Below, piece by piece: positions 49,172 through 57,798 of a stretch of 64,000 nucleotides of DNA. Under the pieces are notes generated by a model. The model searched no databases and was not told where the DNA came from. It saw nothing but the letters and a program-made list of their open reading frames with translations. The translations under genes were made by a program, and so were the position numbers. Every line of letters begins with the position of its first letter. Position 1 is the stretch's first letter. This DNA comes from a virus: the IMG/VR virus record IMGVR_UViG_3300021964_000023, positions 1 to 64,000 of that record. One strand, written 5' to 3'.

Positions 49172-49239
49172 AAACTGTCCACGGGGGATCTTAGTTCCCC
49201 CACCTCTCCACTATACTAACTTCAGTTCAAACAAATCCA
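49172..49239 (+). promoter_or_regulatory. Phage-type early/middle promoter, copy 2
   Basis: AAACTGTCCAC, TATACT at 49212, TTCAGTTCAAAC at 49221. Confidence 0.6.
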
Positions 49240-50337
49240 ATGGGTCTCTCCAAAGAAGGCATCGTCAACTCTCTGCAAGATCTCTACGGAGATTCTGTGA
49301 CTGCAGCAGACATTCGTGCTTGGTGTGCGATGAACGATGCCAACTATCAGACCGTTACCAATAAAATTGCTGATTGTAAAGTTGGTCGTGGTAAGTGGAA
49401 TCTTACTGTTCGGGAACAGATGGAGCAAAACTACCAGGCACCTGCTGCATCCCCTGCAATTATTCCCTCTCAGGAACAAAACCTTATCCCTGAAAAAGAT
49501 GATTCCTTCGTCAAGTTTGGTAACTTCGCTGATATTAAAAAAATTATTCAGTCCCATCTATTCTATCCAACGTTCATTACTGGACTCTCTGGCAATGGTA
49601 AAACGCTCTCAGTTGAGCAAGCGTGTGCAGCTTTGGGTCGGGAACTCATCCGCGTAAATATCACTATTGAAACTGATGAAGACGATCTTATTGGTGGCTT
49701 CCGTCTTATCGATGGGGCAACTGTTTGGCATAATGGACCTGTCGTTGAAGCACTCGAACGAGGAGCAATCCTGCTACTCGATGAAATTGACCTTGCTTCC
49801 AACAAAATTCTATGCCTCCAGTCCATCCTTGAAGGTAAGGGTGTGTTCTTGAAGAAGATTGGTAAGTTTGTTCAACCTACCGCTGGGTTCAACGTCATTG
49901 CAACTGCCAACACTAAGGGTAAGGGTAGTGATGATGGACGATTCATTGGAACCAATGTTCTCAATGAAGCATTCCTTGAGCGATTCCCAGTGACGTTTGA
50001 GCAGTCTTATCCTACGGTCTCTGTTGAGAAGAACATTCTCTCCAAGATTTGTGGTGATGATGACTTCTGCCAACGTCTTGTAGATTGGGCAGACATTATC
50101 CGTAAGACCTTCTATGATGGTGGTATTGAAGAGATCATCAGCACCCGTCGTCTGGTTCACATTGTTAAGGCATATGAGATCTTTGGCAATAAAGAGAAGG
50201 CAATGCAAGTTTGTATCAATCGATTTGATGAAGATACCAAGCAAGCATTTCTGGAACTCTACGACAAAGTTGATGCTGACTTTGACCTGACTGCTACTGG
50301 TGAGAAGGTATACATTGACCAAGAGATTGGATCCTGA
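49240..50337 (+). CDS. cobS: CobS/MoxR-like AAA+ ATPase
   Basis: GLSGNGKT, LLLDEID, ATANTKG.G, LNEAFLERF. Confidence 0.9.
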   Translation: MGLSKEGIVNSLQDLYGDSVTAADIRAWCAMNDANYQTVTNKIADCKVGRGKWNLTVREQMEQNYQAPAASPAIIPSQEQNLIPEKDDSFVKFGNFADIKKIIQSHLFYPTFITGLSGNGKTLSVEQACAALGRELIRVNITIETDEDDLIGGFRLIDGATVWHNGPVVEALERGAILLLDEIDLASNKILCLQSILEGKGVFLKKIGKFVQPTAGFNVIATANTKGKGSDDGRFIGTNVLNEAFLERFPVTFEQSYPTVSVEKNILSKICGDDDFCQRLVDWADIIRKTFYDGGIEEIISTRRLVHIVKAYEIFGNKEKAMQVCINRFDEDTKQAFLELYDKVDADFDLTATGEKVYIDQEIGS

Positions 50338-50343
50338 TATAAT
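50315..50343 (+). promoter_or_regulatory. sigma70-type promoter
   Basis: TTGACC-17 nt-TATAAT, upstream of 50358. Confidence 0.65.
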
Positions 50344-50357
50344 GATAACTGATAACT

Positions 50358-50900
50358 ATGCCTCATGACCCCCGCTACTTTGTAATGGATCAAGTAAAGC
50401 ATTCCGATTATTATTACGACTATGATCGTAATGGCAGTGACAGACCCAATCCTTTCAGCACATCTAATCAAGACTTCTGGGAGGAAGATGGGTTCAGTTT
50501 GACTGGTAATCCTGGTGCTATGGCACCAGACACTATTTCATTCAACCTTACTATGGAACCTGAAGACAAAATTGATTTGAACCTTGATCAACTTACGACC
50601 AATGGTTTTTGGAAGTACGAAGAAGATAAGACTATGAAAGAGATTCGTGAGTATCTCTCTTCAACATATAAATCTCACTACACCTCTCAAGAATCTAAAA
50701 CCCAGACTCTTGACTTGATTGAGAGCATTGGTGATTCAGAACCCTTCTGTCGATCTAATGCAATCAAATACCTGTCTCGATTTGGTAAGAAGAACGGTAA
50801 GTCAAAGCAAGACATTCTAAAAGCAATTCACTATTGCATTCTTCTCTACCACTTCTCTGGACTGCATAATGAAATTAAGGGAACCTATGAAACTTTCTGA
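50358..50900 (+). CDS. Conserved hypothetical (DUF3310-like C-terminus)
   Basis: YKSHY, FCRSNAIKYLSRFGKK...DILKAIHY. Confidence 0.75.
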   Translation: MPHDPRYFVMDQVKHSDYYYDYDRNGSDRPNPFSTSNQDFWEEDGFSLTGNPGAMAPDTISFNLTMEPEDKIDLNLDQLTTNGFWKYEEDKTMKEIREYLSSTYKSHYTSQESKTQTLDLIESIGDSEPFCRSNAIKYLSRFGKKNGKSKQDILKAIHYCILLYHFSGLHNEIKGTYETF

Positions 50901-51549
50901 TAAGACAATCAACCTTCTGAAGAACTTCTCGGACATCAATCAGTCCATCTTGTTCAAAAAAGGCAACAAGCTCCGCACTATCTCTGTGATGAAGAACATC
51001 ATGGCAGAAGCAGAGGTTCAAGAAGAGTTCCCTAAAGACTTTGCAATCTATGATTTGACTCAGTTCCTTCGGGGTATGTACCTGCACAACCAACCAGAAC
51101 TTGATTTTGGTAATGATGGGCACGTTGTCATTCGTGAAGGCAAGACTCGCTCTAAGTACTTCTTCGCTGACCCCAGTGTAATCGTAGTACCCCCTGAGAA
51201 GTCTCTAACTCTTCCCACAATGGATGTTGAGTTTGAATTGGCTGCAGAGCAACTTGAGAAGATTCGTAAGGCAGTTTTGGCATTCCAGCTTCCTGATCTC
51301 TCCGTTGTCGGTGAGGCAGGAGTTGTTAAACTTGTTGTTCATGACAAGAAGAATGATACTTCCAATGACTTTCAAGTTATTGTTGGTGAGACTAATGAAG
51401 AGTTCTGCTTCCATTTTAAAGTTGAGAACATCAAGGTTATTCCTGGTGATTACAACGTCAGCATCTCCAGTAAACTTTTGTCAAAGTTTGTCAACACTGA
51501 CTATGATCTGACCTATTATATTGCTCTGGAACCTGATTCTAACTTCTAA
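50887..51549 (+). CDS. gp45: Sliding clamp gp45
   Basis: MKLSDKTINLLKNFSDINQSI, FAIYDL..FL, YYIALE. Confidence 0.95.
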   Translation: MKLSDKTINLLKNFSDINQSILFKKGNKLRTISVMKNIMAEAEVQEEFPKDFAIYDLTQFLRGMYLHNQPELDFGNDGHVVIREGKTRSKYFFADPSVIVVPPEKSLTLPTMDVEFELAAEQLEKIRKAVLAFQLPDLSVVGEAGVVKLVVHDKKNDTSNDFQVIVGETNEEFCFHFKVENIKVIPGDYNVSISSKLLSKFVNTDYDLTYYIALEPDSNF

Positions 51550-51761
51550 TGCGTACTCTTACGTTGATGAGGATTGTGGGCAGCATTGGTGTCATTGCTG
51601 CCTATTTCATTATCCTCCATGTCAATGTTCTTACGGGTGTGATCATCAACTTCATTGCTGATCTGATCTCTATTCCGTATTTTGCAAAAACAAAAGCCTG
51701 GGATGTAGTGATCATGCTATCATTCCTACTGGCAATTTCAATGTCAAAACTGGTACAATGA
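51549..51761 (+). CDS. Small membrane protein
   Basis: 70 aa, mostly hydrophobic; TAATG coupling to gp45. Confidence 0.65.
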   Translation: MRTLTLMRIVGSIGVIAAYFIILHVNVLTGVIINFIADLISIPYFAKTKAWDVVIMLSFLLAISMSKLVQ

Positions 51762-51880
51762 ACATAACCCAAGCGATGACCCTCCTACTTCTATCTAAGT
51801 GTTTGGTTCATCCACATCTGGGTTTATGCTTTATTCTCTTTATTACTGATCCAAAAAACAAGATTGGATATGACTCGTGA
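51758..51880 (+). CDS. Possible 40-aa hydrophobic peptide (not in ORF track)
   Basis: ATGA overlap; MNITQAMTLLLLSKCLVHPHLGLCFILFITDPKNKIGYDS* fills the gap to gp44. Confidence 0.3.
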   Translation: MNITQAMTLLLLSKCLVHPHLGLCFILFITDPKNKIGYDS

Positions 51881-52817
51881 CGAATTCCTTTGGGTTGAGA
51901 AGTATCGACCCAAAACAATTGAAGATTGTATTCTCCCCAATGAAATCAAGAAGACCTTTGTGGAATTCTTGTCAAAGGGCGAAGTTCCCAATCTTCTTCT
52001 TGCTGGACCTGCTGGGTGTGGTAAGACAACGATTGCTAAAGCACTTTGTAATGAACTAGGAGTAGACGTTTATGTCATCAACGGATCCGACGAAGGTCGA
52101 TTCCTCGATACTGTCAGAAACAATGCGAAAAACTTCGCTTCGACCGTATCGCTTACGTCAACTGCTAAACATAAAGTCATCATCATTGATGAGGCAGATA
52201 ACACAACCCATGACGTACAACTCCTCCTACGGGCGTTTACTGAGGAGTTTGCTGGCAACTGTAGGTTCATCTTTACCTGTAACTACAAAAACAAAATCAT
52301 TGAACCCCTCCACTCCCGATGTGCAGTGGTTGAGTTCTCAATACCAGCAAGCAAGCGTCCAGAGATGGCATCCAAGTTCTTTGGCCGCCTCCAAAAAATC
52401 CTGGATGCAGAGAGTATTGAATATGATAACAAGGTCCTGGTAGAACTTATTAATAAACACTTCCCTGATTGGAGGAGAGTTTTAAATGAATGTCAACGTT
52501 ACTCGGCGGGTGGAAAAATCGACTCCGCGATTCTGGCGTCTTTTGCAGATGTCAAGACGAATGACCTTGTTAAAAAACTTAAGGAGAAGAACTTCCCTGA
52601 AGTACGTAAATGGGTCGTCAATAATCTGGACAATGATTCTAGTGTACTTCTGCGTCGTATTTACGATGCTTGTTACGAATCCTTGGTCCCTTCTACCATT
52701 CCTGCTGCTGTGCTCATTATTGCTAAGTATCAGTATCAGGTTGCCTTCGTTGCCGATCAAGAGATTAATCTTTTGGCGGCGTTGACTGAAATTATGTGTG
52801 AATGTGAATTCAAATGA
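51870..52817 (+). CDS. gp44: Clamp loader large subunit gp44
   Basis: LWVEKYRP, GPAGCGKTT, IIDEAD, LHSRC. Confidence 0.96.
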   Translation: MTRDEFLWVEKYRPKTIEDCILPNEIKKTFVEFLSKGEVPNLLLAGPAGCGKTTIAKALCNELGVDVYVINGSDEGRFLDTVRNNAKNFASTVSLTSTAKHKVIIIDEADNTTHDVQLLLRAFTEEFAGNCRFIFTCNYKNKIIEPLHSRCAVVEFSIPASKRPEMASKFFGRLQKILDAESIEYDNKVLVELINKHFPDWRRVLNECQRYSAGGKIDSAILASFADVKTNDLVKKLKEKNFPEVRKWVVNNLDNDSSVLLRRIYDACYESLVPSTIPAAVLIIAKYQYQVAFVADQEINLLAALTEIMCECEFK

Positions 52818-52996
52818 AAAAACCTAGACAGACAAAATCCAGAATGTACTATTACTTCTGGTCTATTATGACTGCTTGCGTCCTCATTGGACAGATCTAT
52901 GTTGGTACTGGATACCGTGTAATGGCAGCAAGCACCCTACAACTTACTGAGTTTTTTAATACTCTTTTGTCCACTGATCTTAAAGACTACAAATGA
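52814..52996 (+). CDS. Small hypothetical protein with one TM segment
   Basis: 60 aa with ATGA overlaps at both ends. Confidence 0.6.
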   Translation: MKKPRQTKSRMYYYFWSIMTACVLIGQIYVGTGYRVMAASTLQLTEFFNTLLSTDLKDYK

Positions 52997-53280
52997 ACGT
53001 TAAACTTGTCCGTACCACCTCTGGTGAAGATGTCATCTGTGAGGTTCTAAGTGAGACCGATGATTCGGTTACTTTCTCTAATGCAATTGTTGCAGTTCCT
53101 GCTGGCAATGGTCAGATTGGTTTTGCTCCCTGGTCTCCACTTCTTAGTAAAGAGGTAAAGGAGTTGACAATCGACAAAAAGTTTGTAATGTACATTGCAG
53201 AAGCACAGGACCAGATCGTGACTGAATATCAGTCTATGTTCAGTCCCATCATTGCTCCTAACAAAAAACTCGCTCTCTGA
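52993..53280 (+). CDS. Conserved hypothetical (Sm-like)
   Basis: MNVKLVR..SGEDVI, GFAPWSP. Confidence 0.75.
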   Translation: MNVKLVRTTSGEDVICEVLSETDDSVTFSNAIVAVPAGNGQIGFAPWSPLLSKEVKELTIDKKFVMYIAEAQDQIVTEYQSMFSPIIAPNKKLAL

Positions 53281-53295
53281 GTCTTTTATTTTATT

Positions 53296-53817
53296 ATGAT
53301 TAACATTGATCGCATCAATCTTGAAGAGTTCTTTGGTTGTGTGAACGCTACCAATACCAAAGAGATGAAGTCCAATGCATTTAAAACTATCCGTACCTGG
53401 TTGCAGGAGAAGTCCTTTGCCAAGTGGAGTGATGGTCAGCTTGAGTATGTTGGAGACTTCAAAGATGGAGTTGATTTTGTCTCTGAAGACAACATTAACT
53501 ATGAGATGAAGGGTAAACTCAAGATGTTCAACAAGAATGGGTCTACCTCATCCATCGTTCTTAAGAACTTCCAAGGCGACAACAAAGTGATTGAGAAAAC
53601 GTTTGACTACATGCTTCTGGTAGACACTGGATCCATGGCAATTGGCATTACTGATTGGGACACAGTAGAAAAGCGTATTTACTACACCCCCAAATCTCCT
53701 ACTGCCAAGGTCAAGTTTCTCCCAGGAGACTTCACTATCCTTGCCAAGGACATTAAACCTGCAAAGAAGAGTATTACTTCTGCAGAGATCCTCGATAACC
53801 TGCAAGAGATTCTTTAA
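53296..53817 (+). CDS. Hypothetical protein, possible PD-(D/E)xK nuclease
   Basis: E...DGVDF-x7-YEMK pattern; coupled to dam. Confidence 0.45.
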   Translation: MINIDRINLEEFFGCVNATNTKEMKSNAFKTIRTWLQEKSFAKWSDGQLEYVGDFKDGVDFVSEDNINYEMKGKLKMFNKNGSTSSIVLKNFQGDNKVIEKTFDYMLLVDTGSMAIGITDWDTVEKRIYYTPKSPTAKVKFLPGDFTILAKDIKPAKKSITSAEILDNLQEIL

Positions 53818-54728
53818 TGAAAAGTTTTAAGACTCCTCTCCGCTACCCTGGAGGCAAGTCCAGGGCATGTAAAAAGATGGATCCTTACTTCCCTGATCTC
53901 AGGGATTATAAGGAGTACCATGAGCCATTTATTGGTGGTGGCAGTGTTGCCCTACACATCACTAAGAAGTATCCTCATCTGAAGATCTGGGTAAATGATC
54001 TTCATCCACCTTTAGCAACCTTCTGGCAGCAACTCCAAACTAATGGACGCCAGATGCAAGAGAAACTTAATGAACTCAAGTCTCGTTATCCTGATAGGGG
54101 TTCTGCAAAGGGAATTTTCCTAGCATCTAAAGAGTATCTTGCCACCGATCTGTCCGAACCTTTGTGGACAGCAATCTCTTTCTATATTGTTAATAAGTGT
54201 TCTTTTTCTGGTTTGAGTGAATCATCATCGTTCTCTCCACAAGCATCTGATAATAATTTCTCTATGAAGGGTATCCTTAAATTGACTGGATATCAACAAC
54301 TTATACATAATTGGAAGATCACCAATTATTCATATGATCAGATTCTAGATGAATCTTCTGATCGATCTGGTGTGTTTGTTTATCTTGATCCTCCATATGA
54401 TATTAAAGATAATTTGTATGGTAAAAAGGGTGGGATGCACAAAGGATTTGATCATGATAAATTTGCAGAAGACTGTAGTAACTCTTCTACAGACATGATG
54501 ATCAGTTATAATTCTGATCAACTTGTTAAAGATCGTTTTATCGATTCTAAATGGAGAACTGGAGAGTTTGATCTCACATATACTATGAGATCTGTTGGTG
54601 ATTACATGAGTGATCAAAAAGAACGTAAAGAACTACTTTTAATGAACTATGAAAATAGAAGTCTCACTCTACAAGGCGGGCAAACTCTGGAAGGAGGAGT
54701 GTCAAGCAGCAGACTTCCAGGATGCTAG
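53817..54728 (+). CDS. dam: DNA adenine methyltransferase (Dam/D12 class)
   Basis: PLRYPGGKS, EPFIGGGSV, VYLDPPY. Confidence 0.92.
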   Translation: MKSFKTPLRYPGGKSRACKKMDPYFPDLRDYKEYHEPFIGGGSVALHITKKYPHLKIWVNDLHPPLATFWQQLQTNGRQMQEKLNELKSRYPDRGSAKGIFLASKEYLATDLSEPLWTAISFYIVNKCSFSGLSESSSFSPQASDNNFSMKGILKLTGYQQLIHNWKITNYSYDQILDESSDRSGVFVYLDPPYDIKDNLYGKKGGMHKGFDHDKFAEDCSNSSTDMMISYNSDQLVKDRFIDSKWRTGEFDLTYTMRSVGDYMSDQKERKELLLMNYENRSLTLQGGQTLEGGVSSSRLPGC

Positions 54729-54831
54729 AGTGATTGCTCTAGAGAAAAATCCTGGCGCAACAATTGTTGGTGTCAGTGCCAATTTGTGTGCTGATCAAAT
54801 TGGAGACATCCCCGATTACTTTAAAAAATAA
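54649..54831 (+). CDS. Small hypothetical protein
   Basis: V.LYKAG..WKEE..A.DFQDAR..AL..NPGATIVGV; overlaps the dam 3' end. Confidence 0.65.
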   Translation: MKIEVSLYKAGKLWKEECQAADFQDARVIALEKNPGATIVGVSANLCADQIGDIPDYFKK

Positions 54832-54833
54832 TC

Positions 54834-55547
54834 ATGACCTATAGGTATGAGTTCTCACCTCGTATTAATCCTGGAATACTTAAGTGGAAATTAAATAAAG
54901 ATCATATGGATCTTCTATGGGCATATCTTAAAAAACCTACTACTAAAGGTGCCTGGAAGTTTGACGATAATAATAAGATTATTGAAAGAACTCCATATCA
55001 AGAATGGGCACTCGATGACTATACTAAAAGATTTAGATCTGAAGTATTAGCACCAGCAATTAAGGAGTATGTAGACTATTGGGGATACCCAATGGCACTT
55101 AAGACTAGTCATTATCCGATTCCTAAAATGAATCGATGGTGGGTTAGAGTCTCTGGCAAAGGTGAATATCAACCACTTCATGATCATCAATCAATTTGGA
55201 CATTCATTATTTGGATGAATATTCCTTTTGAATATGAGGATGAGCAATCTGGTGATGCCATAGAACTATATCCAGAAGCAGGCAATGTTACTATTCATTA
55301 TCTTGATTCTATTGGAAGACTTCAAGTGTATCCATTTAGATTGGGTAAAAAAGATGAAGGAACTATGCTTTTATTTCCAGGAGATCTAAATCATACAGTT
55401 TATCCTCATTATACTACCGATGAATACAGAATTAGTATTGCGGGTGATATTGTAATTGATAGTTTAAACTGTGATCAATTAGTTCCAGTTTATCGAAAAA
55501 ATGATCATGAGTTTTCTAACTTTCGCGAAGAGGACTATGGAACTTAA
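54834..55547 (+). CDS. 2OG-Fe(II) oxygenase-like protein
   Basis: YQPLHDH, LLFPGDLNHTVYP, RISIAG. Confidence 0.75.
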   Translation: MTYRYEFSPRINPGILKWKLNKDHMDLLWAYLKKPTTKGAWKFDDNNKIIERTPYQEWALDDYTKRFRSEVLAPAIKEYVDYWGYPMALKTSHYPIPKMNRWWVRVSGKGEYQPLHDHQSIWTFIIWMNIPFEYEDEQSGDAIELYPEAGNVTIHYLDSIGRLQVYPFRLGKKDEGTMLLFPGDLNHTVYPHYTTDEYRISIAGDIVIDSLNCDQLVPVYRKNDHEFSNFREEDYGT

Positions 55548-55902
55548 AGATTGGTTGAATTCTATCAATCAAACAAAAGAAGATTTGTCTGAGGACATCA
55601 AGTCATATCCACCATTCATTGTTAATCGTTGCTTGTCTGGTCATTTAGATTGTGTTTTGTTTGCCAATGAGATGAATAAGAATGGTCACCTTGATAAAGA
55701 CATGCAATATTCTTTTTATCTAAATAGTTTGAGGAAGCGTAAAAGGTTTTCTCCTTGGCTCCGAAAGGATAAGATTACTGATCTTGATATTGTCAAGCAA
55801 TACTATGGTTATAGTAATGAGAAGGCAATGCAGGCATTGAAGATCTTGTCAAAAGATCAAATAGATTTTATTAAGAAACGACTTGACATTGGTGGAACAT
55901 GA
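55537..55902 (+). CDS. gp62: Clamp loader small subunit gp62
   Basis: YPPFIVNRCLS, FANEMN, RKRKRFSPW, YYGYSNEKA. Confidence 0.93.
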   Translation: MELKDWLNSINQTKEDLSEDIKSYPPFIVNRCLSGHLDCVLFANEMNKNGHLDKDMQYSFYLNSLRKRKRFSPWLRKDKITDLDIVKQYYGYSNEKAMQALKILSKDQIDFIKKRLDIGGT

Positions 55903-56336
55903 CAAACAGTATTGAACCTCAGGTAAACTGGAAACCTGAGATGATGGTTGAAGTTATGTTGAATGAACCTGATGACTTTTTGAAGGTTCGTGAGACTCTT
56001 ACTCGTATCGGTGTTGCTTCACGCAAAGAAAAGAAACTTTATCAGTCTTGCCACATTCTTCACAAGCAAGGTAGGTATTACATCACTCACTTCAAGGAAC
56101 TGTTTGCTCTTGATGGCAAACATGCAAACCTTACTGTAAATGATGTTCAGAGACGGAACAGGATTGCGAGACTCCTCTCTGATTGGGGTTTAATTAGCGT
56201 AGTAGATGGCGAATCCATTATGGATATCGCACCTTTAAACCAAATTAAGGTTTTATCCTATAAAGATAAGAACGACTGGATCCTGGAACAGAAGTATAAC
56301 ATTGGGTCGAAGAAAAAAGTAGAAGCGACCGAGTAA
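55899..56336 (+). CDS. regA: Translational repressor RegA
   Basis: PDDFLKVRETLTRIG, LYQSCHILHKQGRYYI.HFKELF. Confidence 0.97.
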   Translation: MTNSIEPQVNWKPEMMVEVMLNEPDDFLKVRETLTRIGVASRKEKKLYQSCHILHKQGRYYITHFKELFALDGKHANLTVNDVQRRNRIARLLSDWGLISVVDGESIMDIAPLNQIKVLSYKDKNDWILEQKYNIGSKKKVEATE

Positions 56337-56340
56337 TCAA

Positions 56341-56535
56341 ATGGAAGAAGAGTCATACGAATATCAACTATTTTTATCAATAGATGATGTTCGTATGCTT
56401 TATAACCATACTTGTTATTCAATTGAGAAATGGCCAGGAGCACCTGCTAGACCATATGAAGAACAAGAGTTCTTGTGGCATATGAAGTCTCAACTTTTTG
56501 CTATGCTTGCTGACCACACATTCAATAACGGTTAA
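56341..56535 (+). CDS. Small hypothetical protein
   Basis: 64-aa ORF containing WPGAPARP.EEQEFL. Confidence 0.65.
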   Translation: MEEESYEYQLFLSIDDVRMLYNHTCYSIEKWPGAPARPYEEQEFLWHMKSQLFAMLADHTFNNG

Positions 56536-56597
56536 CCCCATAACCATATTCGGTTATTACGGTTACTCTTTTTTGTAGTTTATGGTTAAATAGTAGT

Positions 56598-56651
56598 GGA
56601 TGCCGAAGGGGTCCACACAACATAAACTCGCTTAGTAAAGGAGCTAAAACC
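56598..56651 (+). promoter_or_regulatory. Structured hsp20 leader, ROSE-like RNA thermometer
   Basis: CUC-G-CUU/AGUA/AAGGAG hairpin occludes the SD with a bulged G; a small hairpin lies upstream. Confidence 0.55.
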
Positions 56652-57083
56652 ATGGGTAACCTCATGAGATACGGTGCTGCAGATATTTCGCAGCTTCTGG
56701 ATAGAATCAATCGTAATAGTATTGGAATGGACGAGTACTTTGATCGTCTTTTCAACATCCATGAATCATCTACCAACTATCCTCCCTATAATTTGATCCA
56801 GGTTAGCAATGTAGAGTCGCGTTTAGAAATCGCGCTTGCTGGATTCAAAAAGGAGGAGGTAAATGTCTACACCGAGTACGGAAAACTTTTTGTCGAAGGA
56901 CAAAAAGAATCCAAAGGAGATACGAACTACGTCCATAGAGGAATGGCTCAACGATCTTTCACCAGAGCATGGACGCTCAGTGATGATACGGAAATTAGAT
57001 CAGTTACTTTTGAGGATGGGTTACTAAGTATTGAACTTGGTAAAGTAGTTCCAGAACATCATGCTCGCAAAGACTACCTATAA
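56652..57083 (+). CDS. hsp20: Small heat-shock protein Hsp20
   Basis: NYPPYNL, LEIALAGF, YVHRGMAQRSF, FEDGLLSI. Confidence 0.96.
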   Translation: MGNLMRYGAADISQLLDRINRNSIGMDEYFDRLFNIHESSTNYPPYNLIQVSNVESRLEIALAGFKKEEVNVYTEYGKLFVEGQKESKGDTNYVHRGMAQRSFTRAWTLSDDTEIRSVTFEDGLLSIELGKVVPEHHARKDYL

Positions 57084-57086
57084 ATA
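57079..57086 (+). promoter_or_regulatory. Late promoter (perfect TATAAATA)
   Basis: Overlaps the hsp20 stop codon. Confidence 0.6.
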
Positions 57087-57119
57087 ACTGCGGGGCATAC
57101 CCAAATATCGTCGCCGCAC

Positions 57120-57162
57120 GGGCAGGGTTGGTCAGAATCAACCCTTGCCCACTTTTCTTTTT
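57120..57162 (+). terminator. Rho-independent terminator
   Basis: GGGCAGGGTTG..CAACCCTTGCCC stem followed by ACTTTTCTTTTT. Confidence 0.75.
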
Positions 57163-57194
57163 CGTGCTAATATCACATTAAACTTCGTTTAGTC

Positions 57195-57542
57195 ATGGCA
57201 ATTAAATTAGCTGTCGTAAAGACAGGAGAACAAATCATTACTGATGTTGAAGAGATGCTTCTCGAAGACAAAGTAGTTGGATATTTCTTTAACAAACCCT
57301 GTATAGTAAAAACAGGTGATCCAGAGGTTAGTGAAGAGGGTGGTGCATCCTTTGAGATTAAATTGAGTCCTTGGATTGCTCTGGGTAAAGGTTATAGATT
57401 CCCAGTTCCTCTTGATTGGATCGTAACGTTCGTTGATCCTGTCAATGAACTTCATCGTATGTATTTGGTTGACATCCTCAAAGAAGAGGAAGAGGATCAA
57501 AGTCAATCCATGGTAGTAACTGATAGTTGTGAGGACTGTTGA
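57195..57542 (+). CDS. Conserved hypothetical (Sm-like)
   Basis: IKLAVVKTGEQII, PWI.L, DWIVTFVDP; usual gene between hsp20 and gp43. Confidence 0.75.
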   Translation: MAIKLAVVKTGEQIITDVEEMLLEDKVVGYFFNKPCIVKTGDPEVSEEGGASFEIKLSPWIALGKGYRFPVPLDWIVTFVDPVNELHRMYLVDILKEEEEDQSQSMVVTDSCEDC

Positions 57543-57543
57543 T

Positions 57544-57798
57544 ATGGACCCTAAAGTTATTATTTTTCAAACTGGTGGAACTCTGATTTCTCGATTAGAG
57601 GAAGCACCATCTGCTGATATTGGTGAACCAGATTGTATTCTGGTACAACCATTTAATATTATGCCTGACGGAACTCTTAAAAGTTGGTTGGGTGATATTA
57701 CGGGAGATCAAAAGTTCAAGATTCATTCCGATAAGATCTTGACCATTGCCGAACCAACTGATAGAATCAAGGAACTGTACGGCAACTTGACTAAGTGA
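57544..57798 (+). CDS. Conserved hypothetical protein
   Basis: DIGEPDC.L..PF, IHSDKILTIAEP. Confidence 0.75.
   Translation: MDPKVIIFQTGGTLISRLEEAPSADIGEPDCILVQPFNIMPDGTLKSWLGDITGDQKFKIHSDKILTIAEPTDRIKELYGNLTK

Noticed and set aside
49240-50337. cobS as a B12-supply gene for the radical SAM enzymes
   Set aside because: No cobN or other corrin genes are in the window, and this ATPase is common in cyanophages regardless of rSAM content, so the link is unsupported.
54649-54728. 80-nt overlap between dam and the next ORF as a recoding site
   Set aside because: No slippery site seen; most simply a non-conserved C-terminal run-on of Dam.
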